A stretch of 64,000 nt of DNA from Patescibacteria group bacterium (GTDB taxonomy: Bacteria > Patescibacteriota > Patescibacteriia > 2-12-FULL-57-11). Each line of letters starts with the position of its first letter. Positions within the stretch are counted from its first letter, which is position 1. The position numbers and the translations under genes were made by a program. The notes beneath the pieces are model-generated. The model saw nothing but the letters and a program-made list of their open reading frames with translations, had not been told where the DNA came from and searched no databases. Of this stretch, positions 53,132 through 62,487 are shown piece by piece. The stretch is taken from NCBI GenBank assembly GCA_004297205.1, contig SCUL01000002.1, positions 77,156-141,155 of the forward strand, in the 5' to 3' direction.

Positions 53132-54223
53132 TCAGTGCTTATGCCGGACGCCGTGGTAGAGCGACGCGGCCATGGAAGCCATCAAGATGATCAGGACGAC
53201 GAAGGCCGCGGCCTTGGTGCGCGTCTGTGCGAACAGACCGATCAGCCCGAAGACGAGGGCGATGGCGTAGAGCGACAGCACGGCTGTGGGCACTGGCAAA
53301 CCGGCGTCCACCAAACGGAAATGCAGATGACGGCGGTCGCCGCGCGTCGGCGGCAGGCGTTGGGCCACGCGTTGCAGGATGACGCCGATCAGATCGAGCA
53401 GCGGAATGCCCAAGACGAGCAGCGTCGTGGCCACCTTGCTGCCGGAAATAACGGCCAGGATGCCGATGGCGTAACCGGCGAACAGTGAGCCGCCCTCGCC
53501 GAGGAAGACCTTCGCCGGCGACCAGTTCCAAGGAAGGAAACCCAGGAAGGCGCCGGCAATGACCAAGGCCAAAATCGCCGTTGCCGTCTGGCCGACCTCC
53601 GGCCGCAGCGCCACGAAGAACATGACGACGGCGGCGATGCCCGTGAGTCCGGTTACCAGGCCGTCGAGGCCGTCGAGGAACTTCGTCGTGTACATCAGCA
53701 GGAGCAGCCACAGCACGGTCAACGGATCCGCGGGAAACAGGATGCTGCCGAACGGCAGGGCGATGCGGGCCGCCTCAAAACTCAGGATGTCGCCGCCGAA
53801 CGGGCTGCGGACGTAGGGAATGTGGATGCCGCAGGCCACGGCGGTCAGCGCGGCCGCCACCGGGAAGAGGAACTGCACCGCCGGCTTCAGGTTGTAGCGG
53901 TCGTCGAGCCAGCCGCCGATCATCAGGATGGCGCCGCCCAGGATGAGCCCGATGATGGAGCGCGTGGGAATGGCCGGATTGAAGAGGACGCCGTTGAAGA
54001 CGCCCTGCTCCACGAACACGAGGAGCACGACGACGAGCGGCGCGAAAATGGCGATCCCGCCCAAGAGCGGCACGTCGCGTCCGTGCTTCTTGCGCTCCCC
54101 CGCCGGATGGTCCACGGCGCCGGTGCCGCGCGCCAGCGCCGCCACGGCCGGCGTCAGCAGCAGCGCGCCGAGAAAGGCCGCTGCCGAACCCGCCAGCAGG
54201 AACATGCCGAATGTCGCGTCCAT
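53132..54223 (-). CDS. glycosyltransferase family 4, WecA/TagO-like undecaprenyl-phosphate N-acetylhexosamine-1-phosphate transferase (MraY-related)
   Basis: ...AVDHPAGERKKHGRDVPLLGGIAIF... and FLDGLDGL motifs. 10-11 TM helices. Confidence 0.75.
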   Translation of the reverse strand: MDATFGMFLLAGSAAAFLGALLLTPAVAALARGTGAVDHPAGERKKHGRDVPLLGGIAIFAPLVVVLLVFVEQGVFNGVLFNPAIPTRSIIGLILGGAILMIGGWLDDRYNLKPAVQFLFPVAAALTAVACGIHIPYVRSPFGGDILSFEAARIALPFGSILFPADPLTVLWLLLLMYTTKFLDGLDGLVTGLTGIAAVVMFFVALRPEVGQTATAILALVIAGAFLGFLPWNWSPAKVFLGEGGSLFAGYAIGILAVISGSKVATTLLVLGIPLLDLIGVILQRVAQRLPPTRGDRRHLHFRLVDAGLPVPTAVLSLYAIALVFGLIGLFAQTRTKAAAFVVLIILMASMAASLYHGVRHKH

Positions 54224-54229
54224 ACAAGA

Positions 54230-56899
54230 CTAGACGGCCGGCGCCTTGTTCACGGTGATCTGTCCGCCGGCGCCGAACACCACCGTGTCGCGGCGGCTGA
54301 TCTTGTTGGACAGCAGGAATTCGGCCAGCGCGTCCTGGACCCGTTCCTGGATGACGCGGCGCAGCGGTCGGGCGCCGAAAACCGGATCGAACCCGGCGGC
54401 AGCCAGCTCGACGACCGCATCCTCCGAGACTTGCAGGGTGATGCCCTTTTCCGAGAGCTGTTTGGCGACGCCCACCAGCATGCGGCGCGCCACTTCGCGG
54501 ATTTCGTCCTCGGTCAGCGGGCGGAACAGGATGATGCCGTCGAAACGGTTCAGGAATTCCGGACGGAAATGCGGGCGCAGTTCCTTGTCCATGAGCTCCT
54601 GGCGCATGTCATCAAGCGTGCGGTTCTGGCGGATGCCGTCCTGGATGAACTGCGCGCCGGCGTTCGAGGTGGCAACCAGAACGACGTTCGTGAAATCCAC
54701 GGTGCGTCCGGCGGCGTCGGTCAGCCGGCCGTCGTCCATCACCTGCAGGAAGGCGTTGAGCACTTCCGGGCTGGCCTTTTCGAGTTCGTCCAGGAGCAGC
54801 AGCGCGAACGGCCGCGTGCGCACCGCTTCCGTCAGCAAGCCGCCCTGCCCGGAGCCCGGCACGCCCACGAGCCGGTACATGGCTTGGGCGTCCTGGTATT
54901 CCGACATGTCGAGCCGGACCATGGCCTCTTCGCTGCCGAAGTAGGTTTCGGCCACGGTCTTGGCAAGTTCGGTTTTTCCGACGCCGGTCGGCCCCAGGAA
55001 CAGGAAGTTGGCGATCGGCCGGTTGACGCTGCGCAGTTCGGCGCGGGCGCGGCGGATGGCGCGGGCCACGGCACTGACCGCTTCATCCTGGCCGACCATG
55101 CGGCGATGCATCTCTTCCTCCAGGTTCAGCAGCTTGGCACCCTCGTCCTGGGTCACGGCCGTCACCGGCACCTTGGCCTTTTCGGAAACGAGCGCGGCCA
55201 CGTCGTCGCCGGTCACCACGGCCTTCTCGCCGCGGCTGCCGCGCACGGCGTTGGCCACTTCCTTCAGCACTTCGATGGCTTTCTCCGGCAGGGCGCGCTC
55301 ATGCATGTAGCGCTCCGAGAGCACCACGGCTTTTTCCACGGCATCGTAGGAGAAATAGACTTTGTTCTGATGTTCGATGGCGCCGGCTTTGGCTTCCAAA
55401 ATGCGGATGGCCGAATTGGTGTCCGGCTCGTCCACCGGGACGCGCTCAAAGGTCTGACCGACGGCCGAGCGCTGCACGGCCGCGGCGTCGTCTTCCGGCG
55501 TGGTCGTGGCGATGGCCAACAGGCCGTACTTCTGCAGCCCGTCGGCCACGACGTCGGACAAATCGATGCTCCGCCCTCCGCCGGCCGAAATGCCGATCAA
55601 ACCGTGGATGTTGTGGATGGCGAGGACGACGTTGCCGGCGCGGCGTGCTTCGGCGAAGACGTTCTCCAGGCGCTCGGCCGCTTCGGACGGCGTGGCGCCG
55701 GCCACGACTTTGGGCACGGACAGCGCGATCAGCCGCTTGTCGGACAGGACCTGCGGCACGTCTTCTTCCACCATGCGCTGGGCGATGCCGAACAGCAGCG
55801 CCTCCTTGCCGGTACCGTGCGGGCCCACAAGCAGCACCGGCCGTCCGCCGCCTTCGAGCACGCGGAAGACGCGCGTCACCAAGTCGTCGCGCTCCACGAA
55901 CGGCGGCAGGTATCCGGCCAGCGCGAACGACGTGAGGTCGTCGGACAGCCGGTCGAGGTAGGGCGTGGCCAAGGACGTCATGGCCCGGTTGACCGGACCT
56001 TTGGGCCGGAAGCTGGCGCGCTTCCGGCCGGCGTGCCAGCGCTCGCGCAATTCGGTGGCCACGCGGATCCAGGCCGCGGCGTTCTCCACCTTTTCCGGCG
56101 GGCAGGCCAGATCGAGGAAAATCTCCTGGACGATCCCGGCCGGACGGACCAGGGCGAGCAGCACCTCCGTCGGGCGGACGCGGCTCTGCCGGGCGCGCGA
56201 GGCTTCGAGATAGGCATCGAACAGGGCGCGCACCGCTTCCGGGGAAAAGCGCAGCGGACCGTCGGCGCCGGCTTCGCCGCCCAGCGCCCGTTCGATGCGC
56301 TCCTTCATCGGTGCGCCGCCGATGCTGAGACGCGCCATCAACAAGCCGATGGACGGCGTGGAGACGAGTCCGCCGAGCAGATGGATCGGCGCGACGCGGC
56401 CATGGCCGAATTTGGCGGCCAGCTCAAAGGCGGTTTCGACGGCCTCCACGGCCTCGGCCGTGTAGGTGCGGGCCACGTCGTCCTTTTTGGCGGCGGCGGC
56501 GCGTTCCACTTCGGACCATTCCACTTCCTGCGGCGCGTCGGCCTCGCCCTCGCCGTACTTCTGACGACGGACGACGCCGAAGGCCTCGGACTCTTTGACG
56601 ATGCGATAGCCGAGATAGGCATCGGCCCACAAGGAGATCAGGAAGACGGTGGTGTACCAGCTCCCGGTCTTCAGCCAAAAGTCGGCGTTCAGGACGACCA
56701 GCGGGCCGCTGCTCAGCAGAAGCCAGCCGAAAAAGGCGGCGGCAACGACGCCGAACACGAGCAAGACGAAGTTCACGGCGCCGCGGACGGTCCGCTCGGC
56801 CCGGCGTTCCACGATGCTCAGACGGTCGATCGGCGTCCGCCACACCAGGTAGCGGTCGCCGACCTTGAGCGCGGCGCGGGAGAGTTCGGTGGACAGCAT
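54230..56899 (-). CDS. membrane-anchored Clp/Hsp100-type AAA+ ATPase (two nucleotide-binding domains; NBD1 Walker A and B degenerate)
   Basis: N-terminal TM helix. NBD1 has GPHGTGKEA instead of GxPGVGKT and VLAIHNIHGL instead of the hhhhDE Walker B. NBD2 is canonical: FLFLGPTGVGKTELAKT, LLLDELEKA, sensor ATSNAG. Start is Met 8 of the track ORF. Confidence 0.8.
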   Translation of the reverse strand: MLSTELSRAALKVGDRYLVWRTPIDRLSIVERRAERTVRGAVNFVLLVFGVVAAAFFGWLLLSSGPLVVLNADFWLKTGSWYTTVFLISLWADAYLGYRIVKESEAFGVVRRQKYGEGEADAPQEVEWSEVERAAAAKKDDVARTYTAEAVEAVETAFELAAKFGHGRVAPIHLLGGLVSTPSIGLLMARLSIGGAPMKERIERALGGEAGADGPLRFSPEAVRALFDAYLEASRARQSRVRPTEVLLALVRPAGIVQEIFLDLACPPEKVENAAAWIRVATELRERWHAGRKRASFRPKGPVNRAMTSLATPYLDRLSDDLTSFALAGYLPPFVERDDLVTRVFRVLEGGGRPVLLVGPHGTGKEALLFGIAQRMVEEDVPQVLSDKRLIALSVPKVVAGATPSEAAERLENVFAEARRAGNVVLAIHNIHGLIGISAGGGRSIDLSDVVADGLQKYGLLAIATTTPEDDAAAVQRSAVGQTFERVPVDEPDTNSAIRILEAKAGAIEHQNKVYFSYDAVEKAVVLSERYMHERALPEKAIEVLKEVANAVRGSRGEKAVVTGDDVAALVSEKAKVPVTAVTQDEGAKLLNLEEEMHRRMVGQDEAVSAVARAIRRARAELRSVNRPIANFLFLGPTGVGKTELAKTVAETYFGSEEAMVRLDMSEYQDAQAMYRLVGVPGSGQGGLLTEAVRTRPFALLLLDELEKASPEVLNAFLQVMDDGRLTDAAGRTVDFTNVVLVATSNAGAQFIQDGIRQNRTLDDMRQELMDKELRPHFRPEFLNRFDGIILFRPLTEDEIREVARRMLVGVAKQLSEKGITLQVSEDAVVELAAAGFDPVFGARPLRRVIQERVQDALAEFLLSNKISRRDTVVFGAGGQITVNKAPAV

Positions 56900-56900
56900 A

Positions 56901-57287
56901 TCAACGCGGCGGCGATGCAAGCGCGGCGAACTGGAACACCAGGAGCGCCACCAGCGCCGGCGGGAACGCCACCCACACCACCGCAGCCACCACGATCAGC
57001 ACCAGCGTGGCCAGATACCAGACGCCACGGACGATGATCTGGCCGAGACGCATGAAGAAGCTGATGATGCGGCCCCAGATGTCGGTCTGGCCGAACATCG
57101 GCACGAACAGGTTTTTGAGCCAGACGCCCAGCCCGATGGTGTGCCACTGGGCGCGTGCCTGCATCCCCAACCAGCCCAGGAACTTCAGGAAACCGGCCGT
57201 GTACCACCAGACTGGGAACGCCAAAGCGTCACCGACGAGGTCGAGGGCGACGAACCGCACGGCAGCCACGGCGGCATTCTGGGCCAT
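56901..57287 (-). CDS. small membrane protein (128 aa), immediately upstream of the Clp-type ATPase
   Basis: 3 predicted TM helices. Its stop abuts the ATPase start codon. Confidence 0.4.
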   Translation of the reverse strand: MAQNAAVAAVRFVALDLVGDALAFPVWWYTAGFLKFLGWLGMQARAQWHTIGLGVWLKNLFVPMFGQTDIWGRIISFFMRLGQIIVRGVWYLATLVLIVVAAVVWVAFPPALVALLVFQFAALASPPR

Positions 57288-57412
57288 ATGGAGAAAGTGT
57301 AACAGAAAAAAAGTGCTGCCGCGATGCCTGCTGCTGCAGGCGGGCGGCGCTGCACATGGGCATCGCGCCGCCCTTTTCGCCGTCTCGACGCAAAGCAGTT
57401 TGCGTCTCGTTC

Positions 57413-57443
57413 CGGCGAAAAAAAGAAGAGCGCGTCTGCGCTC
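57413..57443 (-). terminator. rho-independent terminator after the 57442..58035 gene
   Basis: On the minus strand: GAGCGCAGACGCGCTC hairpin followed by TTCTTTTTTTCGCC. Confidence 0.5.
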
Positions 57444-58035
57444 AGTTCGTCGCGGTGTCGGCTGCGCTGGTCACGACGACGTCGTCCTCGGCGAACAGCG
57501 GAATCACCTTGCCGCCCTCGACGCGCTGGCCGTACGGCGCTTCCGGGAACGGCCCATCCACGCGCTGCATGCCCAGACAGAGGTGCCAGCCGACCACGTC
57601 CTTGGCCCAGACGATGATGTTGCCATCCTCGTCCGTGCCGCGCACCGCGATCTGCAGGAAGCGGAAGGTCCGCGTCTTGTCTCCGTGCGTCGGGTGCCAA
57701 CCGTACTCGTCGCGCGCCCAGAAGAGCGGCTGCCCGTCCACGATACGGATCGACGCGGTGTTGATCTCCAGGTTCGCCCCCATCGACCACCGTCCCTGTC
57801 GCCCCGCGCAATAGAGAGACGCGCCGACGAGCAGCATCTCCCGACCCTCCAGCCGCACCAGGTGCACGGTCTCTCCCGGCACGCGGCTGACCGGCTCCAC
57901 CTCCGCGCCGATCGCCCGGAGCGCGCGGATCTCCGCACGCACCGCGCCCGGCAGCTTCCACCAGTCCCACACATCCAGGATCAGCAACGCCGCGCCGCCG
58001 ATCACCCGGATCCCGAACAGTACGAGTCGTCCCAC
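57442..58035 (-). CDS. membrane-anchored hypothetical protein (197 aa; N-terminal TM plus extracytoplasmic domain)
   Basis: GTG start at 58035, preceded by GGAGG and 4 nt. The rest of track ORF 57442..58401 overlaps tgt and is an artefact. Confidence 0.5.
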   Translation of the reverse strand: MGRLVLFGIRVIGGAALLILDVWDWWKLPGAVRAEIRALRAIGAEVEPVSRVPGETVHLVRLEGREMLLVGASLYCAGRQGRWSMGANLEINTASIRIVDGQPLFWARDEYGWHPTHGDKTRTFRFLQIAVRGTDEDGNIIVWAKDVVGWHLCLGMQRVDGPFPEAPYGQRVEGGKVIPLFAEDDVVVTSAADTATN

Positions 58036-58091
58036 GATACCTCCTGCGTTGGTGCCGCGAACGTACCGATTTTTTGACGGACTGTCAACCG

Positions 58092-59198
58092 TTACAGCGC
58101 GCCGCGTTGGATGTCGGCGCGGATCCGGCGCATCAGCTCCTGGTAAAAATACACGTTGTGGATCGTGGCCAGACGCGCAGCGAGCGGTTCGTCCACGGAA
58201 AAGAGATGGCGCACGTAGGCGCGGGAATGGTTTTTGCAGGTGAAACAGCCGCAGGTCGCATCGACCGGCGCGGCATCGGTGGTGAACTGTTCGTTGGTGA
58301 TGTGCAACAGTTCGTAAAAGTCGGGCGACTTTCCGAGCAGCGCGGCGTCCTTCCAGACGTAGAGCGTCCCGTGGCGGGCGTTGCGCGTCGGCAACACGCA
58401 ATCAAACATGTCGCAGCCGCGCTTCACGTATTCCACGATCTCATGCGGCTGGCCGGCGCCCATCCAATAGCGCGGCTTGTCCTGCGGCAGGATGCCGTTC
58501 ACGAGTTCGGTCAGGGCGTAACTCTCCGGGCGCGGCTCCCCCACCGACAGCCCGCCGTGGGCGTAGCCGTCAAAGCCGATCTTGATCAGCTCTTCGGCCG
58601 AGCGGCGGCGCAGGTTCGCAAACGTCGAACCCTGCACGATGCCGAACAATCTTCGTGTTCCCCGTTCGTGCTTGTCCCACCAGCTGCGCTGGCGCTTGGC
58701 CCAGCCGAGGGTGCGCTCCAGCGCCGCCGCGGCCTGTTGTTCCGTCACCGGAAAATCAACCAGGTCGTCCAAGATCATGGCGATGTCGGAACCGATGGCC
58801 TGCTGGACCTCCTGCGACTTTTCCGGGGTGAGCAGCTGCGGACTACCGTCGATGTGCGAACGGAAGACCACGCCGTCGTCGGAGACTTTGCGCATCGAGG
58901 CGAGCGACAGCACCTGATACCCGCCGGAGTCGGTCAGAATCGGTTTCTGCCAGCCCATCAGCCCGTGCGAGCCGCCCAGGGCGCGCAACGTCTCCACCCC
59001 CGGCCGCAGCATCAGGTGGTAAGTGTTGGAGAGGATGATCTGCGCACCCGCCGCCTCCAGATCCGGCACGTCGATCGTTTTGACCGCGCCCTTGGTGGCG
59101 ATCGTCATGAAACACGGCGTTTCCACAACGCCGTGGGCGAGCGTCAGCGTGCCGGTGCGCGCCGCGCTGTTCTTTGAAGACGTACCGACCGCGAACAT
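58092..59198 (-). CDS. tgt: queuine tRNA-ribosyltransferase
   Basis: ...GVVETPCFMTIATKGAVK..., catalytic Asp residues, and zinc site CGCFTCKNHSRAYVRHL. Confidence 0.9.
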   Translation of the reverse strand: MFAVGTSSKNSAARTGTLTLAHGVVETPCFMTIATKGAVKTIDVPDLEAAGAQIILSNTYHLMLRPGVETLRALGGSHGLMGWQKPILTDSGGYQVLSLASMRKVSDDGVVFRSHIDGSPQLLTPEKSQEVQQAIGSDIAMILDDLVDFPVTEQQAAAALERTLGWAKRQRSWWDKHERGTRRLFGIVQGSTFANLRRRSAEELIKIGFDGYAHGGLSVGEPRPESYALTELVNGILPQDKPRYWMGAGQPHEIVEYVKRGCDMFDCVLPTRNARHGTLYVWKDAALLGKSPDFYELLHITNEQFTTDAAPVDATCGCFTCKNHSRAYVRHLFSVDEPLAARLATIHNVYFYQELMRRIRADIQRGAL

Positions 59199-59229
59199 GG
59201 GGCGTGTATAGCACACGCCGCCGAAAACG

Positions 59230-59703
59230 TCACTTCTTCAGCTCCTGCAAATCCTTGAGCACTTCACCGGCGTGCCCGTCGGCTTTGACGTTCTCGTAGA
59301 CTTTGGCGATCTTGCCCTCCGGGGTGATCAGGAACGAGGTACGGCGGATGCCGTTGAACGTGCGGCCCATGAACTTTTTCTCGCCCCACACGCCGTAATC
59401 CTGGACGGTCTTCTTATCGACGTCCGCGAGCAGCGTGAAGGGCAATGCGTACTTGTCTGCGAACTTCTTGTGGCTGGCCACGGAATCGGTACTCACCCCG
59501 AGCACGGTCAGATCGAGCGAACGAAATTGCGTGAAGTTGTCGCGTACGCCGCAGGCTTCCTTGGTACAGCCCGGCGTGTCGTCCTTCGGATAGAAGTACA
59601 GCAGGACCCAGGAACCGGCGTGTTCCTGGAGCGTGTGCGTCTCGCCCTTCTGGTCCTGCAGGGAAAAGGCGGGTGCGGGCTGACCGACGGAGGGCAAGGG
59701 CAT
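59230..59703 (-). CDS. bcp: thiol peroxidase / peroxiredoxin (Bcp-type)
   Basis: ...VLLYFYPKDDTPGCTKEACG... is the peroxidatic Cys motif. Confidence 0.9.
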   Translation of the reverse strand: MPLPSVGQPAPAFSLQDQKGETHTLQEHAGSWVLLYFYPKDDTPGCTKEACGVRDNFTQFRSLDLTVLGVSTDSVASHKKFADKYALPFTLLADVDKKTVQDYGVWGEKKFMGRTFNGIRRTSFLITPEGKIAKVYENVKADGHAGEVLKDLQELKK

Positions 59704-59705
59704 GC

Positions 59706-60656
59706 TCAGGTGGTTACGCGACGATGGGTCATGCGGGCTGCGGCCACTTTAAAGAACGGCAACATCAGGTTCAAGACGAGCAGGATGACGACGAGCTTGG
59801 GGACGACGCGCTGTTCCGGAAAGAAGCGGTCGGCGATGTAGAGCGACAGCGTGAAGTTCATGTACACCATGCACAGCGCGATGGTGATGCGCTCCCCGAC
59901 CGAACGCCAGTACACCATCCGGTAGGACAACCAGATCAGGAACGCCAGCCAGAAAAACGTGACGACCAGGATCCCGACCGTGCGCCCATCCACGGCGAGC
60001 GCGATGCCGCCGCCCGTGCCCGAGGCGGTCGTCTTGCTGACGATGGAGGCGATCAGCACGCCGAACACGACGACGGACGCGGTGCGCCAGACCGCGTCGC
60101 CCTTGGCGACGATCTTGGGGGCGACGCGCTGGAACGCGTAGGCGATGGCGAACGGGAGGATGATGGCCTCGGCCAGCGAGCGCAGCATGCCGAGCGCGTC
60201 GATCGGCACGCTCTGACCGACGCTGAGCTGCATCACGAGCGGAATCGTGAACGGCGCAAGCAGCGAAGTCACCAGCACGATGATCAACGCCAGCGACGTC
60301 TTGCCGCCGAAGAAGTCGGCGATGAGCGCGATGGTCATGCCGGTGGGGCCGGAAAGCGCGATCAGGAAGGCCAGCGCCCAATCCGGCGCGATGGGCGCGA
60401 GGGGAAAGTAGACGGCAGCCGGCAGCGCCACAAGCATGAAACCGGCGGTCAGGATGTGCATCTTCCAATCCACCGCGTACTCCTTGATGTCCTTCATGTT
60501 CACCCGCAGCGCCGACAAGAAGAAGATGATCTGCAGGAGCAGGGTGTTCCAGGGATGGAAGAATGCAAAGACGCCGGGCGCCATGAGCCCGGCGACGAGT
60601 CCGATCAGAACGATGCTGATCTGGTTTTCAGAAAAAAGGGTGCGAAGGTCTTTCAT
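59706..60656 (-). CDS. transporter of the bile acid:sodium symporter (BASS / AbrB-like) superfamily
   Basis: 316 aa with 9-10 TM helices and an internally repeated topology. Assignment by composition and topology only. Confidence 0.5.
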   Translation of the reverse strand: MKDLRTLFSENQISIVLIGLVAGLMAPGVFAFFHPWNTLLLQIIFFLSALRVNMKDIKEYAVDWKMHILTAGFMLVALPAAVYFPLAPIAPDWALAFLIALSGPTGMTIALIADFFGGKTSLALIIVLVTSLLAPFTIPLVMQLSVGQSVPIDALGMLRSLAEAIILPFAIAYAFQRVAPKIVAKGDAVWRTASVVVFGVLIASIVSKTTASGTGGGIALAVDGRTVGILVVTFFWLAFLIWLSYRMVYWRSVGERITIALCMVYMNFTLSLYIADRFFPEQRVVPKLVVILLVLNLMLPFFKVAAARMTHRRVTT

Positions 60657-60659
60657 GGC

Positions 60660-61022
60660 TTAGCGCAAGGCGACTTCGCCGCCCGGCGCCACCAGATACT
60701 CTACCCGGTGCACCGGCACCATGCCGAGCGTGGCGATTTCCTCGGCCATGCCGGCCAGCGATTCCTTCTGGGCGAGTTCCACCTGCAACTTCTTGTTCCG
60801 TTCCTTCATGTCGGCCAAACGCGCCTCGGCCGCACGCAGCGCAAAACCCTGCGCAGCCACGACGTTGAGCTGGATCAGGTAGGCGACGCCGAGCGCGGCC
60901 ACGAGGGTGGCCAGCACATACGGCAGGAAACGCCCGACATGCGGAAAAACCGCGGCGCGGGCGTGCGAGGCCGCGGGCGGGGCGATGACGGACTTGTCGC
61001 ACGTTTGGAGGTAGCGGTTCAT
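60660..61022 (-). CDS. ftsL: cell division protein FtsL-like (TM plus coiled coil)
   Basis: Single TM (LPYVLATLVAALGVAYLIQL) then coiled coil. Sits directly after rsmH with an ATGA overlap, as in dcw clusters. Confidence 0.55.
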   Translation of the reverse strand: MNRYLQTCDKSVIAPPAASHARAAVFPHVGRFLPYVLATLVAALGVAYLIQLNVVAAQGFALRAAEARLADMKERNKKLQVELAQKESLAGMAEEIATLGMVPVHRVEYLVAPGGEVALR

Positions 61023-61906
61023 GAGATTTTTTCCGCGACGCGGAGCTTCGCGCTCCGGCTGCGGGGGTTTGTTTTGGTTTCGTTCGGCGTTGCAGTCAAA
61101 GGTTTCTTGGTGAGGATGGTGGCGCGGCCCTCCTGGGTCCAGCGCTGAAAGGCATGTTTGACGATGCGGTCTTCGAGGGAGTGGAAACTGATGACCGCGA
61201 GGCGTCCGCCGGGGGCGAGCAGCGTCAGGGCTGCCGCGAGTCCGCGGTCCAGGTTCTCCAGCTCGCCGTTCACGGCGATGCGCAGGGCCTGGAAGGTGCG
61301 GGTGGCGAAGTGGAGCTTGGCGCGGCGGTAGCCTGCAGGCACGGCCGAGCCGATGATCTCGACGAGCTGGGTCGTGGTCAGGATGCGTTGCTTCCGACGG
61401 CGCCGGACGATCGCTTTGGCGACGGCCAGGGCGTGCCGTTCCTCGCCGTACTCGCGCAGCAGCCGGGTCAGTTCGACCTCGGACATGCCGTTCACGAGTT
61501 CGGCCGCGGTCGTGTCCGCGTCCGGGGAAAACGTCATGCGCAACGGTTCGTCGCGCTTGAAGCTGAACCCCCTGCCGCTTTCCTCCAGCTGTTCGGAACG
61601 GATGCCGACGTCCAGCACGATGCCGGCCACGTCGCGGAAGCCGTGTGCGGCCGCGAGCTGCGCCATGTCGGCGTAGTTCCCGGCGGCGATGACCGTCCGC
61701 TTCTCGAACGGCTTGAGCCGTTCGGCGGCGGCGCGGCGGGCGTCCGGATCCAGGTCGATCCCGAGCAGCCGGCCGTCCGGAGCGGTCTGCTTCAGGATGG
61801 CGGCGGCGTGTCCCCCGTCTCCGAGCGTGCCGTCGATGGCATCGTCACCCGGATCGAGCGCCAAGCCGTCAAGCACCTCGGCGAGGAGCACGGGGAGATG
61901 CGCCAT
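61019..61906 (-). CDS. rsmH: 16S rRNA (cytosine1402-N4)-methyltransferase RsmH (MraW)
   Basis: MAHLPVLLAEVLDGLALDPGDDAIDGTLGDGGHA... SAM-binding motif. True start ATG 61906; the track ORF is 5' extended. Confidence 0.9.
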   Translation of the reverse strand: MAHLPVLLAEVLDGLALDPGDDAIDGTLGDGGHAAAILKQTAPDGRLLGIDLDPDARRAAAERLKPFEKRTVIAAGNYADMAQLAAAHGFRDVAGIVLDVGIRSEQLEESGRGFSFKRDEPLRMTFSPDADTTAAELVNGMSEVELTRLLREYGEERHALAVAKAIVRRRRKQRILTTTQLVEIIGSAVPAGYRRAKLHFATRTFQALRIAVNGELENLDRGLAAALTLLAPGGRLAVISFHSLEDRIVKHAFQRWTQEGRATILTKKPLTATPNETKTNPRSRSAKLRVAEKIS

Positions 61907-61907
61907 A

Positions 61908-62339
61908 TCAGACGCCCAGGTCTCCGAGCTTCTCGGCGATGTCGCCGGCGGCAGCTTCGGTGGACTTCCGGTACGTGGCCCAGGCAGCCGTGTCCCAGAC
62001 TTCCAATCGGTTGTAGAGCCCGGCAACCACGACCTCCTTGCCGAGACTTGCGTACGCACGCAGGTACTCGGGAACGAGGATGCGGCCTTGCTTGTCCGGC
62101 ACCACGTCCATGGCGCCGGACAAGAGCAAACGGGCAAACGCGCGGGTGTTGGCTTGGGAGGTCGGCAGCGCGGCCAGTTTCTTGGCGAGCGTTTCCCACT
62201 CGGCCTTTGGGTATAGAGAGAGACAAGCATCGATCCCTCTGGTGACCACCAGGCCTTTGGCAAGACGCGCACGGAACTTGACCGGCACTGCGAGCCGGCC
62301 CTTGTCGTCCATGGCGTGCTGATATTCGCCAATAAACAT
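61908..62339 (-). CDS. mraZ: transcriptional regulator MraZ
   Basis: MFIGEYQHAMDDKGRLAVPVKFRARL...GRILVPEYLR... contains two DxxxR MraZ motifs. GAGGA RBS. Confidence 0.9.
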   Translation of the reverse strand: MFIGEYQHAMDDKGRLAVPVKFRARLAKGLVVTRGIDACLSLYPKAEWETLAKKLAALPTSQANTRAFARLLLSGAMDVVPDKQGRILVPEYLRAYASLGKEVVVAGLYNRLEVWDTAAWATYRKSTEAAAGDIAEKLGDLGV

Positions 62340-62487
62340 AAGAGGCCGTCCTCGCATTCGACCTGTTCCCCATTTACACCCACTGACCCCCATTTTACAC
62401 CACAACTCCCCCACCTTCAACCCCGTTCCCCCACTCGGCTGTGGATAACAAAAGCGCCCCCCGGATAAGGGGCGCATGTTGGTTCAA

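Noticed and set aside
53822-57037. 1071-aa + strand ORF
   Set aside because: It is antisense to the Clp-type ATPase and the WecA-like gene. It has no motifs.
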